From Delftia acidovorans NBRC 14950 (GTDB lineage Bacteria > Pseudomonadota > Gammaproteobacteria > Burkholderiales > Burkholderiaceae_C), in assembly GCF_001598795.1 (NCBI RefSeq), contig NZ_BCZP01000002.1, positions 60,001 to 92,000 of the forward strand: a stretch of 32,000 bases of DNA. Direction: 5' to 3'. The notes below the pieces were generated by a model, which was not told the DNA's origin, did not search any database, and saw only the letters and a program-made list of their open reading frames with translations. A program made the position numbers and the translations under genes. Below, one piece after another: positions 1 through 7,919 of the stretch. Every line of letters begins with the position of its first letter. Within the stretch, counting starts at the first letter, position 1.

Positions 1-2
1 GC

Positions 3-596
3 ATTGTCGATTTCGCGCTGCTGCCCACCGAGACCGGCGCCGTGGTTGCCGCCGCCCAGGCGCGCGGCCTGGACTACGAGGCGCCCTACGAAGGCGGCCG
101 CCTGCGCCCCGACGGCGCGCAGCTGCGCTGGCGCAATGCACGCGCCCGCAGCCAGGACCTGCCCTTTCTCTGCGGCGACCTCACGCCGCGCGCCCTGCGC
201 GTGCCCGAGGGCGATGCACGCGTGCACCCCAACGGCGCCACCGGCGTGGCCCGGCTGCACGTGGCCGTGCATGACCTGCGCGCCAGCCTGGCACGCTGGC
301 GCGCGCTGCTGGGTGAGGGCGCCGACATTGGCGAGGCCCGGCTGTCGGACGACGGCAGCGCCTACCGCGCATCGCTGAGGCTGGGCGCCACTGCGCTGGT
401 GCTGGCTGCGCCCGCCCAGGGCGTTGCCACGGGCGCCCTGGGCCACCGTCTGGCCACGCGCGGTGAAGGCCCTTATGCCATCGAGCTGGAGGTACGCCAG
501 CCCGCGTCTGCGCTGGCGCTGGACGAGACCGCCACGCATGGCGCGCGCATCGTGCTGGCCCAGGTTTCCCCGGCCAGGGAAACCGCCGCCGCCTAG
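3..596 (+). CDS. VOC/glyoxalase-like domain protein, 5' end cut by the window edge
   Basis: The frame is open from nt 3 (att gtc gat ttc ...) to TAG 594-596, with no stop before the GTG at 42 used by the ORF track. Codons are G/C-ending. The translation (...VHPNGATGVARLHVAVHDLRASLARWRALLG...GPYAIELEV) resembles Glyoxalase-like/VOC-fold proteins from memory, not from a search. Confidence 0.55.
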   Translation: MVDFALLPTETGAVVAAAQARGLDYEAPYEGGRLRPDGAQLRWRNARARSQDLPFLCGDLTPRALRVPEGDARVHPNGATGVARLHVAVHDLRASLARWRALLGEGADIGEARLSDDGSAYRASLRLGATALVLAAPAQGVATGALGHRLATRGEGPYAIELEVRQPASALALDETATHGARIVLAQVSPARETAAA

Positions 597-639
597 GCGA
601 AATGCGTGGGCGCTAGAATGGCGCCCCGCTGACACCCAT

Positions 640-660
640 GCCCACCCCGGTGGGCGTTTT
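640..660 (+). terminator. Possible intrinsic terminator after the VOC gene
   Basis: Stem gcccac (640-645) pairs with gtgggc (650-655) around loop cccg, followed by gtttt. The T-run is short, so the call is weak. Its position argues against the ORF-track start at 638 for the next gene. Confidence 0.35.
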
Positions 661-712
661 CGTTGCAGCCGCGGCCTCCCTTGAGGGGCGCCGCGGCGCG
701 GCGCTGCTTGCC

Positions 713-1969
713 ATGACGACTGCTTCCACTCCTGCCACGCTGGGCATAGATTTCGGTACCTCCAACTCCGCCATGGCCTGGCGCGCCCCCGGCCAGACCG
801 CACGCCTGTTGCCGCTGGAGGGCGATGCCTGCGGCATGCCCACGGCGCTGTTCTTCCATACGGACGAGCACAGCACCCATTTCGGGCGCGACGCCATGGC
901 CCAGTACCTGGACGGCGAGCCGGGCCGGCTCATGCGCTCCCTCAAAAGCCTGCTGGGCAGTGCGCTGCTGCAGGAAAAGACGGCGGTGCACGACCAGTTC
1001 GTGAGCTACCAGGACATCATCGGCCTGTTCCTGCGCCGCGTGGCCGACCGGGCGCGTGCCTCGCTGGACGGCCGCCTGCCCGAGCGCGTGGTGCTGGGCC
1101 GGCCCGTGCATTTCGTGGACGACCATCCCGAGCGCGACCGCCAGGCCCAGCAGGCCCTGGCCGATGCCGCGCGCGTCGCAGGCCTGGGCGATGTGGATTT
1201 CCAGATGGAGCCCATTGCCGCCGCTCTGGACTACGAGCAGCGCCTCACGCAGGAATCCGTGGTGCTGGTGGTGGACATCGGCGGCGGTACCTCCGACTTC
1301 ACCGTCGTGCGCCTGGGGCCCGAGCAGGCCGGCCGCAGCGATCGCCGCGACGACATCCTGGCCACCAGCGGCGTGCACATCGGCGGTACGGACTTCGACC
1401 ACCGGCTCAACCTGGCCCAGCTCATGCCGCTGCTGGGCTACCGGCACATCGGTCCCAGCGGCCGCGAAGTGCCCAGCCGCGTGTTCTTCGACCTCTCGAC
1501 CTGGCACCTGATCCAGTGGCTGTACTCGCCCAAGGCCCTGGCCGAGGCGCGCAACCTGCGCACCGACTACAGCGACCAGCGCCTGCACAAGCGCCTGATG
1601 GAAGTGCTGGAACTGCGCGAAGGCCACCGCCTGGCCGCCGTGGTGGAGCAGGCCAAGATCGAGGCCTCCACGCGCCATGCCGAAGCGGCCATCGAGCTGG
1701 GCTGGCTGGAATCGGGCCTGTCCGCCGCCATCTCGCCCGAGGTGCTGCACGAGCAGCTGCAAGGCCCGCTGCAACAGGTCGTTGCCTGCGCCCAGGACTG
1801 CCTGCGCCTGGCCGGCGTGGCGCCCCAGGCGCTGGACGCCATCTACCTCACGGGCGGCTCATCGGCCCTGCGCACGCTGCGCGATGCGCTGCGCGAGGCC
1901 TTCCCCGGCGTGCCCCAGGTCGAAGGCGACCTGTTCGGTGGCGTGGCCACCGGCCTCGCGTATGCCTGA
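713..1969 (+). CDS. yegD: Hsp70-family putative chaperone, YegD-like
   Basis: ATG 713 gives MTTASTPATLGIDFGTSNSAMAW, an actin/Hsp70 phosphate-1 motif. Later motifs are VLVVDIGGGTSDFTVV and IYLTGGSSA. The protein is collinear with my recollection of E. coli YegD (EPIAAALDYE, LMPLLGY). Confidence 0.8.
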   Translation: MTTASTPATLGIDFGTSNSAMAWRAPGQTARLLPLEGDACGMPTALFFHTDEHSTHFGRDAMAQYLDGEPGRLMRSLKSLLGSALLQEKTAVHDQFVSYQDIIGLFLRRVADRARASLDGRLPERVVLGRPVHFVDDHPERDRQAQQALADAARVAGLGDVDFQMEPIAAALDYEQRLTQESVVLVVDIGGGTSDFTVVRLGPEQAGRSDRRDDILATSGVHIGGTDFDHRLNLAQLMPLLGYRHIGPSGREVPSRVFFDLSTWHLIQWLYSPKALAEARNLRTDYSDQRLHKRLMEVLELREGHRLAAVVEQAKIEASTRHAEAAIELGWLESGLSAAISPEVLHEQLQGPLQQVVACAQDCLRLAGVAPQALDAIYLTGGSSALRTLRDALREAFPGVPQVEGDLFGGVATGLAYA

Positions 1970-2911
1970 TCAATCCGCGTCGCCGTCCTCCTCGGCGGCC
2001 TGCTTGATCGCCAGCGCGGCGTCATAGAGGCGGTTGCGCGGTGCGCCCGTGATCTCGGCGGCCAGGCGCACGGCGGTCTTGGTGGGCAGTTCGGCCAGCA
2101 GCAGGCGCAGCACGCGCAGGGCGTCGGCGTCGGCCTCATCGCCACCCAGGGCCACCGGGTGCAGCACCACGGCGAATTCGCCCTTGCTGCGCTGGGGCAC
2201 GGCCTGCAGCCAGTTCGGCAGCGCGCTGGCGGGCATGGTGGCAATGTCCTCGAACTGCTTGGTGATCTCGCGTGCCAGCGTCACCGGGCGCTCGCCCAGC
2301 GTGGCCAGGGCGGCGGCCAGGTCGGCAATGCGGTGGGGCGCCTCCAGCAGCACGGTGCAGCGCGGCTGCAGGGTCAGTTGCTGCACGGCAGCCAGGCGCT
2401 CGGCCGACTTGGTGGGCAGAAAGCCTGCGAAGACGAAACCTCCCTCGCCCTGCGAAGGCGTGACCGCGCCGGCCACGCTGATGGCGGCCGTGATGCTGCT
2501 GGCGCCGGGCAGCGGAATGCAGCGCAGGCCCGCGGCCTGCACGGCTGCGCACAGGCGTGCGCCGGGGTCGCTGACCCCGGGCGTGCCCGCATCGCTGACA
2601 TAGGCAATGCGCTGGCCCTGCTGCAGCCGCGCCACGATCTGCTGTGCCGCCTCGGCCTCGTTGTGCTGGTGCACGGCCAGCAGCTGGCTGCCGGGCCGGT
2701 CCAGTCCATAGGAGCGCAGCAGGCCCTGCGTGTGGCGCGTGTCCTCGCAGGCCACGCAGTCCACCAGCTGCAGCACATGCAGGGCGCGCAGGCTGATGTC
2801 GGCCAGGTTGCCGATGGGAGTGGCCACCACGTAGAGGGCGCCCTGCGGATAATGCTGGGATGCCGCAGCATCCTTGGCTGCGCCCAGCGCGGTGGCGAAA
2901 GAGGTAGTCAA
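1970..2911 (-). CDS. rsmI: 16S rRNA (cytidine1402-2'-O)-methyltransferase
   Basis: The GALYVVATPIGNLADISLRAL...VACEDTRHT N-terminal signature is typical of RsmI/tetrapyrrole-methylase fold. The start is TTG (codon 2911-2909) preceded by AAGGAA, and there is no in-frame ATG upstream of the conserved motif. The stop directly abuts the yegD stop (tga|tca at 1967-1972). Confidence 0.85.
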   Translation of the reverse strand: MTTSFATALGAAKDAAASQHYPQGALYVVATPIGNLADISLRALHVLQLVDCVACEDTRHTQGLLRSYGLDRPGSQLLAVHQHNEAEAAQQIVARLQQGQRIAYVSDAGTPGVSDPGARLCAAVQAAGLRCIPLPGASSITAAISVAGAVTPSQGEGGFVFAGFLPTKSAERLAAVQQLTLQPRCTVLLEAPHRIADLAAALATLGERPVTLAREITKQFEDIATMPASALPNWLQAVPQRSKGEFAVVLHPVALGGDEADADALRVLRLLLAELPTKTAVRLAAEITGAPRNRLYDAALAIKQAAEEDGDAD

Positions 2912-3327
2912 TGGGTTTCCTTGCGAAAAAGCCGGCAGGCGCGGGGCCGTCTGCCCTCACGACCCGGCATCGGGGCCAGCAGGCCGAGGATGCGGCGCTG
3001 GCCCATCTGCAGGCGGCCGGCCTGCGTCTGGTCGAGCGCAATTATCGGACGCCGGGCCGCGGCGGCGGCGAGATCGACCTCATCGTGCAGGCGCGCGACG
3101 GCACCGTGGTCTTTGTCGAGGTGCGCAGCCGCGGCACGCGCGCCTTCGGCGGTGCCGGCGCCAGCATCGGTGCCACCAAGCAGCGGCGCATCGTATTTGC
3201 GGCGCGCCACTACCTGATGCGCTGGTCCGCGCCGCCGCCGTGCCGCTTCGACGTGGTGCTGGTCGAGCCCGGCGCCGGGTCCGCCGTGCAGTGGCTGCAG
3301 GCCGCCTTTGACGCCGAAGGCGCTTGA
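2911..3327 (+). CDS. yraN: YraN family (UPF0102) endonuclease-like protein
   Basis: LRLVERNYRTPGRGGGEIDLIVQARDGTVVFVEVRSR matches the YraN core motif. ATG 2911 is preceded by AGAGG. The gene follows rsmI divergently, as in the enterobacterial rsmI/lpoA-yraN-diaA-dolP locus. Confidence 0.8.
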   Translation: MGFLAKKPAGAGPSALTTRHRGQQAEDAALAHLQAAGLRLVERNYRTPGRGGGEIDLIVQARDGTVVFVEVRSRGTRAFGGAGASIGATKQRRIVFAARHYLMRWSAPPPCRFDVVLVEPGAGSAVQWLQAAFDAEGA

Positions 3328-3400
3328 TCCGTTACCGCTGCAGCACAAATAACGCCTGGCTACGAAAGACTTCAAGGGCGGCAGTTATCATCGGGCCTCC

Positions 3401-4009
3401 ATGCTTGAGCAACGTATCCAACAGCATTTCATCGACAGCGCCGACCTGAAATACCAGGCCGCCCAGGCGCTGAGCCAGCCCATTGCGGCGGCAGTGCAGG
3501 CCATGCTGGCCTGCGTGACCAGTGGCGGCAAGGTTCTGGCCTGCGGCGCAGGCGCCTCTGCCAGCGATGCCCAACTCTTCGCCGCCCTGTGCGTGGCCGG
3601 CTTCGAACGCGACCGGCCCGAGCTGGCTGCCGTGGCCCTGGTCTCCGACGGCGGCCTGCTGGGCACCGTGGGCGCCACGGGCTCGGGCGGCAACGCCACC
3701 CAGTACCTGGCGCGCCAGATACGCGCCCTGGGCCAGCCCGGCGACCTGCTGCTGGTGCTGTCCGCCACGGGCAACGACGTGGCCGTGCTGGAGGCGCTGG
3801 ATGCCGCCCATGAGCGCGACATGATGGCCGTGGTGCTGACCGGCCGCACGGGCGGCTCCCTGGCCGGCCGCGTGCGCGAGACCGATGTTCTGATCTGCGT
3901 GCCGCACGACCGTGCGGCGCGCGTGCGCGAAACCCATACGCTGGTGCTGCACTGCCTGTGCGACGGCGTGGATGCCCAGTTACTTGGTGAACAGGAGATG
4001 CCTCTATGA
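3401..4009 (+). CDS. diaA: SIS-domain protein, DiaA/GmhA (phosphoheptose isomerase-like) family
   Basis: The protein is collinear with remembered E. coli DiaA: FERDRPELAAVAL vs FETERPSLPAIAL, and RVRETHTLVLHCLCDGVD vs RIQEMHMLTVNCLCDLID. The stop TGA (4007-4009) overlaps the next ATG (4006) as ATGA. Confidence 0.8.
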   Translation: MLEQRIQQHFIDSADLKYQAAQALSQPIAAAVQAMLACVTSGGKVLACGAGASASDAQLFAALCVAGFERDRPELAAVALVSDGGLLGTVGATGSGGNATQYLARQIRALGQPGDLLLVLSATGNDVAVLEALDAAHERDMMAVVLTGRTGGSLAGRVRETDVLICVPHDRAARVRETHTLVLHCLCDGVDAQLLGEQEMPL

Positions 4010-4737
4010 AGTTCCGTTGGTCCCGCGCCGCCTGCGGTGTGCTCGCCGTCGCGTCCCTGGGCGCCGCCCTGTCGGGCTGCGTCGCCCTGGTGGGCGGTAG
4101 CGCCGTGATGGCCGGCATGTCGGTGGCGGACCGCCGCACCACCGGCACCCAGGTGGAAGACCAGGGCATCGAGCTGCGCGCCAACAACCGCATCGCCGAA
4201 GTGCTGGGCGACAAGGCCCATGTCAACGTCACCAGCTACAACCGCCAGGTGCTGCTGACCGGCGAGGCCGGCAATGAGGCCGACCGCCAGACCATCGAGA
4301 AGCTCGTGCGCGAGCAGCCCACGGTGCGCAATGTCTTCAACGAAGTGGTGGTGGCTCCCTTCACCTCCACGCTGAGCCAGCGCTCCAAGGACACGCTGGT
4401 CACCACCCAGGTCAAGGCCAGCCTGCTGGACGCCAAGGACATCCAGGCCTCGGCCTTCAAGGTCGTGACCGAGAACAAGGTCGTCTTCCTGATGGGCATC
4501 GTCACCCCGCGCGAAGCCAAGCGTGGCGCCGAGATTGCACGCGGCATCAACGACGTGACCAAGGTCGTGCGCGTGGTGGAAGTCATCTCCGAGGACGAAC
4601 TGGCCCGCATGCAGCCCCAGTCTGCCCCCGTGGTCACCGACGACTCCGGCAAGGCCGCCGCAGCCAGCGCCCCCACCAGCCTCTCGGAAAGCAGCCTGTC
4701 CACCCCCGCAGGCGCCACCGCCACCCCGGTGAAGTGA
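4006..4737 (+). CDS. dolP: Dual-BON-domain outer-membrane lipoprotein (DolP/YraP-like)
   Basis: There is a signal peptide with lipobox LSGC. Two BON-type segments are present (GTQVEDQGIELRANNRI..., VTTENKVVFLMGIVTPREAKRGAEIA) and are collinear with remembered E. coli YraP. A low-complexity Ala/Ser/Thr tail follows. Confidence 0.8.
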   Translation: MKFRWSRAACGVLAVASLGAALSGCVALVGGSAVMAGMSVADRRTTGTQVEDQGIELRANNRIAEVLGDKAHVNVTSYNRQVLLTGEAGNEADRQTIEKLVREQPTVRNVFNEVVVAPFTSTLSQRSKDTLVTTQVKASLLDAKDIQASAFKVVTENKVVFLMGIVTPREAKRGAEIARGINDVTKVVRVVEVISEDELARMQPQSAPVVTDDSGKAAAASAPTSLSESSLSTPAGATATPVK

Positions 4738-4755
4738 TCACCGCCGCCTGAAAGC

Positions 4756-4783
4756 AAAAGCCGGAACATGTTCCGGCTTTTTT
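4756..4783. terminator. Bidirectional rho-independent terminator
   Basis: A perfect 9-bp stem gccggaaca/tgttccggc (4760-4777) is flanked by AAAA upstream and TTTTTT (4778-4783) downstream. It lies between the convergent dolP and dehydrogenase genes. Confidence 0.75.
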
Positions 4784-4960
4784 CATTGCTTACTGAGTCA
4801 GCCACTGCAACCGACCTTTGAAACCGGCGCGACCAAAAAGCCAGGGACGCCGAGCAAGAGCCGCCTCGCGGCGGGGGCGCCTAGCCGAGGGCGTCGTCCC
4901 CCTCCCCCGCGAAGCGGGTAGAGAGGCGCCGTGCAACGAGGGGGAAGCGGCGTAAGCCGC

Positions 4961-5872
4961 TCAGGGGGTGAGCCTCTTGATGAGGCTGGAGGTATCCCAG
5001 CGCCTGCCGCCCATCTGCTGCACATCGGCATAGAACTGGTCCACCAGGGCCGTGACGGGCAGGCGCGCGCCGTTGCGCTGGGCTTCGGCCAGCACCAAGC
5101 CCAGGTCCTTGCGCATCCAGTCCACGGCAAAGCCGAAGTCGAACTTGCCTTCGGCCATGGTGCGGCCACGGTTGTCCATCTGCCAGCTCTGGGCGGCGCC
5201 CTTGCCGATGACATCGAGCACGCTGGGAATGTCCAGTCCCGCGCGCTGGCCGAAGGCGATGGCCTCGGACAGGCCCTGGACCAGGCCCGCGATGCAGATC
5301 TGGTTGACCATCTTGGTGAGCTGGCCGGCGCCGCTGTCGCCCATCAGCGTGCAGGCGCGCGAGAAGGCCATGGCCACGGGCTGCATGGTGGCGAAGGCGG
5401 CCTGGTCGCCGCCGCACATCACGGTGAGCTGGCCGTTCTGGGCGCCGGCCTGGCCGCCCGAGACGGGTGCGTCGATGAACTGCAGGCCCAGCTCCAGCCC
5501 GGCCGCATGCAGCTCGCGCGCGACTTCGGCCGATGCCGTCGTGTGGTCGGCGAAGATGGCGCCGCGGCGCATGCCCGCGAAGGCGCCGTCCGGGCCCAGC
5601 ACGACCGAGCGCAGGTCATCGTCATTGCCCACGCAGCTGAACACGATGTCGGCGCTGGCCACGGCCTCGCGCGGCGTGGCCGCATGGCCGCCGTTGAACT
5701 CCTCGCACCAGGCGCGGGCCTTGGCCGGCGTGCGGTTGTAGACCGTGACGCGGTGGCCTGCCGTGGCCAGGTGGCCGGCCATGGGGTAGCCCATGACGCC
5801 CAGCCCGAGGAAGGCCACGGAAAGAGGGGCGGTGTCCGCATAGCTGCGGGCGGCGATGGAGGAGTCGGACAT
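4961..5872 (-). CDS. NAD(P)-dependent beta-hydroxyacid dehydrogenase (3-hydroxyisobutyrate dehydrogenase family)
   Basis: It has the N-terminal Rossmann motif VAFLGLGVMGYPMAGHLATAGHRVTVYNRT. It also shows the family-typical ...GAGQLTKMVNQI... and KDLGL motifs. Confidence 0.85.
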   Translation of the reverse strand: MSDSSIAARSYADTAPLSVAFLGLGVMGYPMAGHLATAGHRVTVYNRTPAKARAWCEEFNGGHAATPREAVASADIVFSCVGNDDDLRSVVLGPDGAFAGMRRGAIFADHTTASAEVARELHAAGLELGLQFIDAPVSGGQAGAQNGQLTVMCGGDQAAFATMQPVAMAFSRACTLMGDSGAGQLTKMVNQICIAGLVQGLSEAIAFGQRAGLDIPSVLDVIGKGAAQSWQMDNRGRTMAEGKFDFGFAVDWMRKDLGLVLAEAQRNGARLPVTALVDQFYADVQQMGGRRWDTSSLIKRLTP

Positions 5873-5997
5873 GGAAGCAATCCTGAGAGGTGGTGGGAGG
5901 CGGGTGGCGCAGGGCCGCGTCCGGCGCGGCCCTGGAAGGAGCCGGCATGCCGGCTCAGCGCACTGAAGGCGCGGTCAGGGCGTGCATGGCACGCCCC

Positions 5998-7134
5998 TCA
6001 GACGATGGCGAAATGCTCGGTGCCCGCCGCCAGGTCCAGCGACTTGGCGCGCTGGCTGCCCAGCTTGATCTGCAGCCGCAGGTCGTTGACCGAGTCGGCA
6101 TTGCGCAGTGCATCCTCGTAGGTGACCAGGTTGGACTCGAACAGGTCGAACAGCGCCTGGTCGAAGGTCTGCATGCCCAGGTTGCGGCTTTTCTTCATGA
6201 TCTCCTTGATCTCGGTGACCTCGCCCTTGAAGATCAGGTCGGAGATCAGCGGCGAGTTGAGCATCACCTCGATGGCGGCCACGCGGCCCTTGCTGTCCTG
6301 CTTGGGCAGCAGGCGCTGGGAGACCATGGCGCGCAGGTTCAGCGACAGGTCCATCAGCAGCTGCGGGCGGCGGTCCTCGGGGAAGAAGTTGACGATGCGG
6401 TCCAGCGCCTGGTTGGCGCTGTTGGCGTGCAGCGTGGCCAGGCACAGGTGGCCGGTTTCCGAGAAGGCGATGGCGTGCTCCATGGTCTCGCGGTCGCGGA
6501 TTTCGCCCATCAGGATCACGTCGGGCGCCTGGCGCAGGGAGTTCTTGAGCGCCGCGTCCCAGCTGTCCGTGTCCAGGCCCACTTCGCGCTGCGTGACCAC
6601 GCAGTTCTTGTGCGGATGCACGAATTCGATGGGGTCCTCGATGGTCACGATATGGCCGTAGGAGCTCTCGTTGCGCCAGTCCACCATGGCGGCCAGCGTG
6701 GTGGACTTGCCCGAGCCCGTGGCGCCGACCAGGATGCACAGGCCGCGCTTGGTCATGGCCACCTCCTTGAGCACCTGGGGCACGCCCAGGCTGTCGATGG
6801 TGGGCAGGGCCAGCGGAATCGTCCGCATCACCATGCCCACGCGGCCCTGCTGGATGAAGGCGTTGACGCGAAAGCGCCCTATGCCCGGGGGCGAGATGGC
6901 GAAGTTGCACTCCTTGGTGCGCTCGAAATCGGCGATCTGCTTGTCGCTCATGACCGAGCGCGCCAGCGTCAGCGTGTGCACGGGCGACAGCGGCTGCGGC
7001 GACACCTTGGTGATGCGCCCGTCGATCTTGATCGCCGGCGGGAATTCCGCCGTGATGAACAAGTCGCTGCCGTTGCGGCTGACCATGAGCTTGAGCAGGT
7101 CGTTGATGAACTTGGTGGCCTGATCTCTTTCCAT
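5998..7134 (-). CDS. pilU: Type IV pilus retraction ATPase PilU
   Basis: The N-terminus is MERDQATKFINDLLKLMVSRNGSDLFIT and the Walker A is GATGSGKSTT. The PilT/PilU-family motifs are present, and the 378-aa size fits PilU rather than PilT. Confidence 0.9.
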   Translation of the reverse strand: MERDQATKFINDLLKLMVSRNGSDLFITAEFPPAIKIDGRITKVSPQPLSPVHTLTLARSVMSDKQIADFERTKECNFAISPPGIGRFRVNAFIQQGRVGMVMRTIPLALPTIDSLGVPQVLKEVAMTKRGLCILVGATGSGKSTTLAAMVDWRNESSYGHIVTIEDPIEFVHPHKNCVVTQREVGLDTDSWDAALKNSLRQAPDVILMGEIRDRETMEHAIAFSETGHLCLATLHANSANQALDRIVNFFPEDRRPQLLMDLSLNLRAMVSQRLLPKQDSKGRVAAIEVMLNSPLISDLIFKGEVTEIKEIMKKSRNLGMQTFDQALFDLFESNLVTYEDALRNADSVNDLRLQIKLGSQRAKSLDLAAGTEHFAIV

Positions 7135-7255
7135 TGCCGTATTCCCCCGGGCATTGCGCGCCGTTGTGGCGCGCAGGTTGTTTTGTTATTTGCAGGTAGG
7201 CCGGTCCGGCCCGCAGGGGCCAGGCGTCCTCATATTCAACTCACTCACTCACTGT

Positions 7256-7888
7256 CTATGTGTGCTGCTCTTCGCCCAGGCGCACGCTGATGGCGCGCAG
7301 CCGGAACGAGAGCTTGCGCGCCAGCAGCGCCATCAGCTTGGCGGCCAGCGCGGCGTCCTTGGCCATCATCTCGTCCAGCGCCTCGGCGCTGAGCACGCCG
7401 ATCTCGCAGTCGGTCAGCGTGGTGCAGCTGGAAAAGCGCGGCCCGCCGTCCAGCAGGGACATCTCGCCCAGGATGTCGCCGGGCCGCGTCTGCGCCAGGC
7501 GCATGCGCTCGCCCCAGGGCTGCTGGCGCTCCACGGCGATCTGGCCGGACAGCACCACGGCCATGAAGCTGCCGTTCTCCTCCTGGCGGATCACGTCGCG
7601 TTGCGGTGCCACGGCCGCGTAGATGAAGTATTCACTGAGCCGCTGCAGGCTGGCCGCATCCAGCTGGCCCAGGTAGCGGTCTCGCGACCACAGCTGCTCC
7701 AGCTGGCCGCCGCCGCCGCGCGGCAGCCGCGTGGCCCCGACCTCGATGGCGCGCGCCTCCCAGGGAACGGGAGGAGTGTGCGGGTCCATGAAGCCATGCG
7801 CCGCCAGCGTGGTCGTGAAGAAGGCCGACTCGGAGGCCGGGGCCGAAGGCTCCTGGCCGCTTCGCAGCTTGCGGAAAATGCTTTTCAT
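7256..7888 (-). CDS. Stand-alone cyclic-nucleotide-binding (CAP effector-type) domain protein
   Basis: Codons are G/C-ending. The C-terminal part carries a cNMP-binding beta-roll/phosphate-binding-cassette-like stretch, GDILGEMSLLDGGPRFSSCTTLTDCEIGVLSAEAL, plus a following helix. No HTH or other output domain is present. The N-terminal ~70 aa are unrecognisable and the SD is weak. Confidence 0.7.
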   Translation of the reverse strand: MKSIFRKLRSGQEPSAPASESAFFTTTLAAHGFMDPHTPPVPWEARAIEVGATRLPRGGGGQLEQLWSRDRYLGQLDAASLQRLSEYFIYAAVAPQRDVIRQEENGSFMAVVLSGQIAVERQQPWGERMRLAQTRPGDILGEMSLLDGGPRFSSCTTLTDCEIGVLSAEALDEMMAKDAALAAKLMALLARKLSFRLRAISVRLGEEQHT

Positions 7889-7919
7889 GGCGCGTGGCGA
7901 GAGGCTGGGCGGGTGGCGG

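Noticed and set aside
4787-4960. The structured non-coding stretch considered as a tRNA, RNase P RNA or 6S RNA gene.
   Set aside because: There is no T-loop (GGTTCGAATCC-like) or cloverleaf. The stretch is far too short and lacks the conserved GAGGAAAGTCCGGGC-type motif of RNase P RNA. The genomic context does not fit 6S RNA. It is kept only as an unclassified structured element.
7241-7252. The (TCAC)3 microsatellite just after the stop codon of the cNMP-domain gene, considered as a phase-variation tract.
   Set aside because: There are only three units. It lies outside any coding sequence and is not positioned between -35 and -10 elements that I can identify. It is too short for appreciable slippage.
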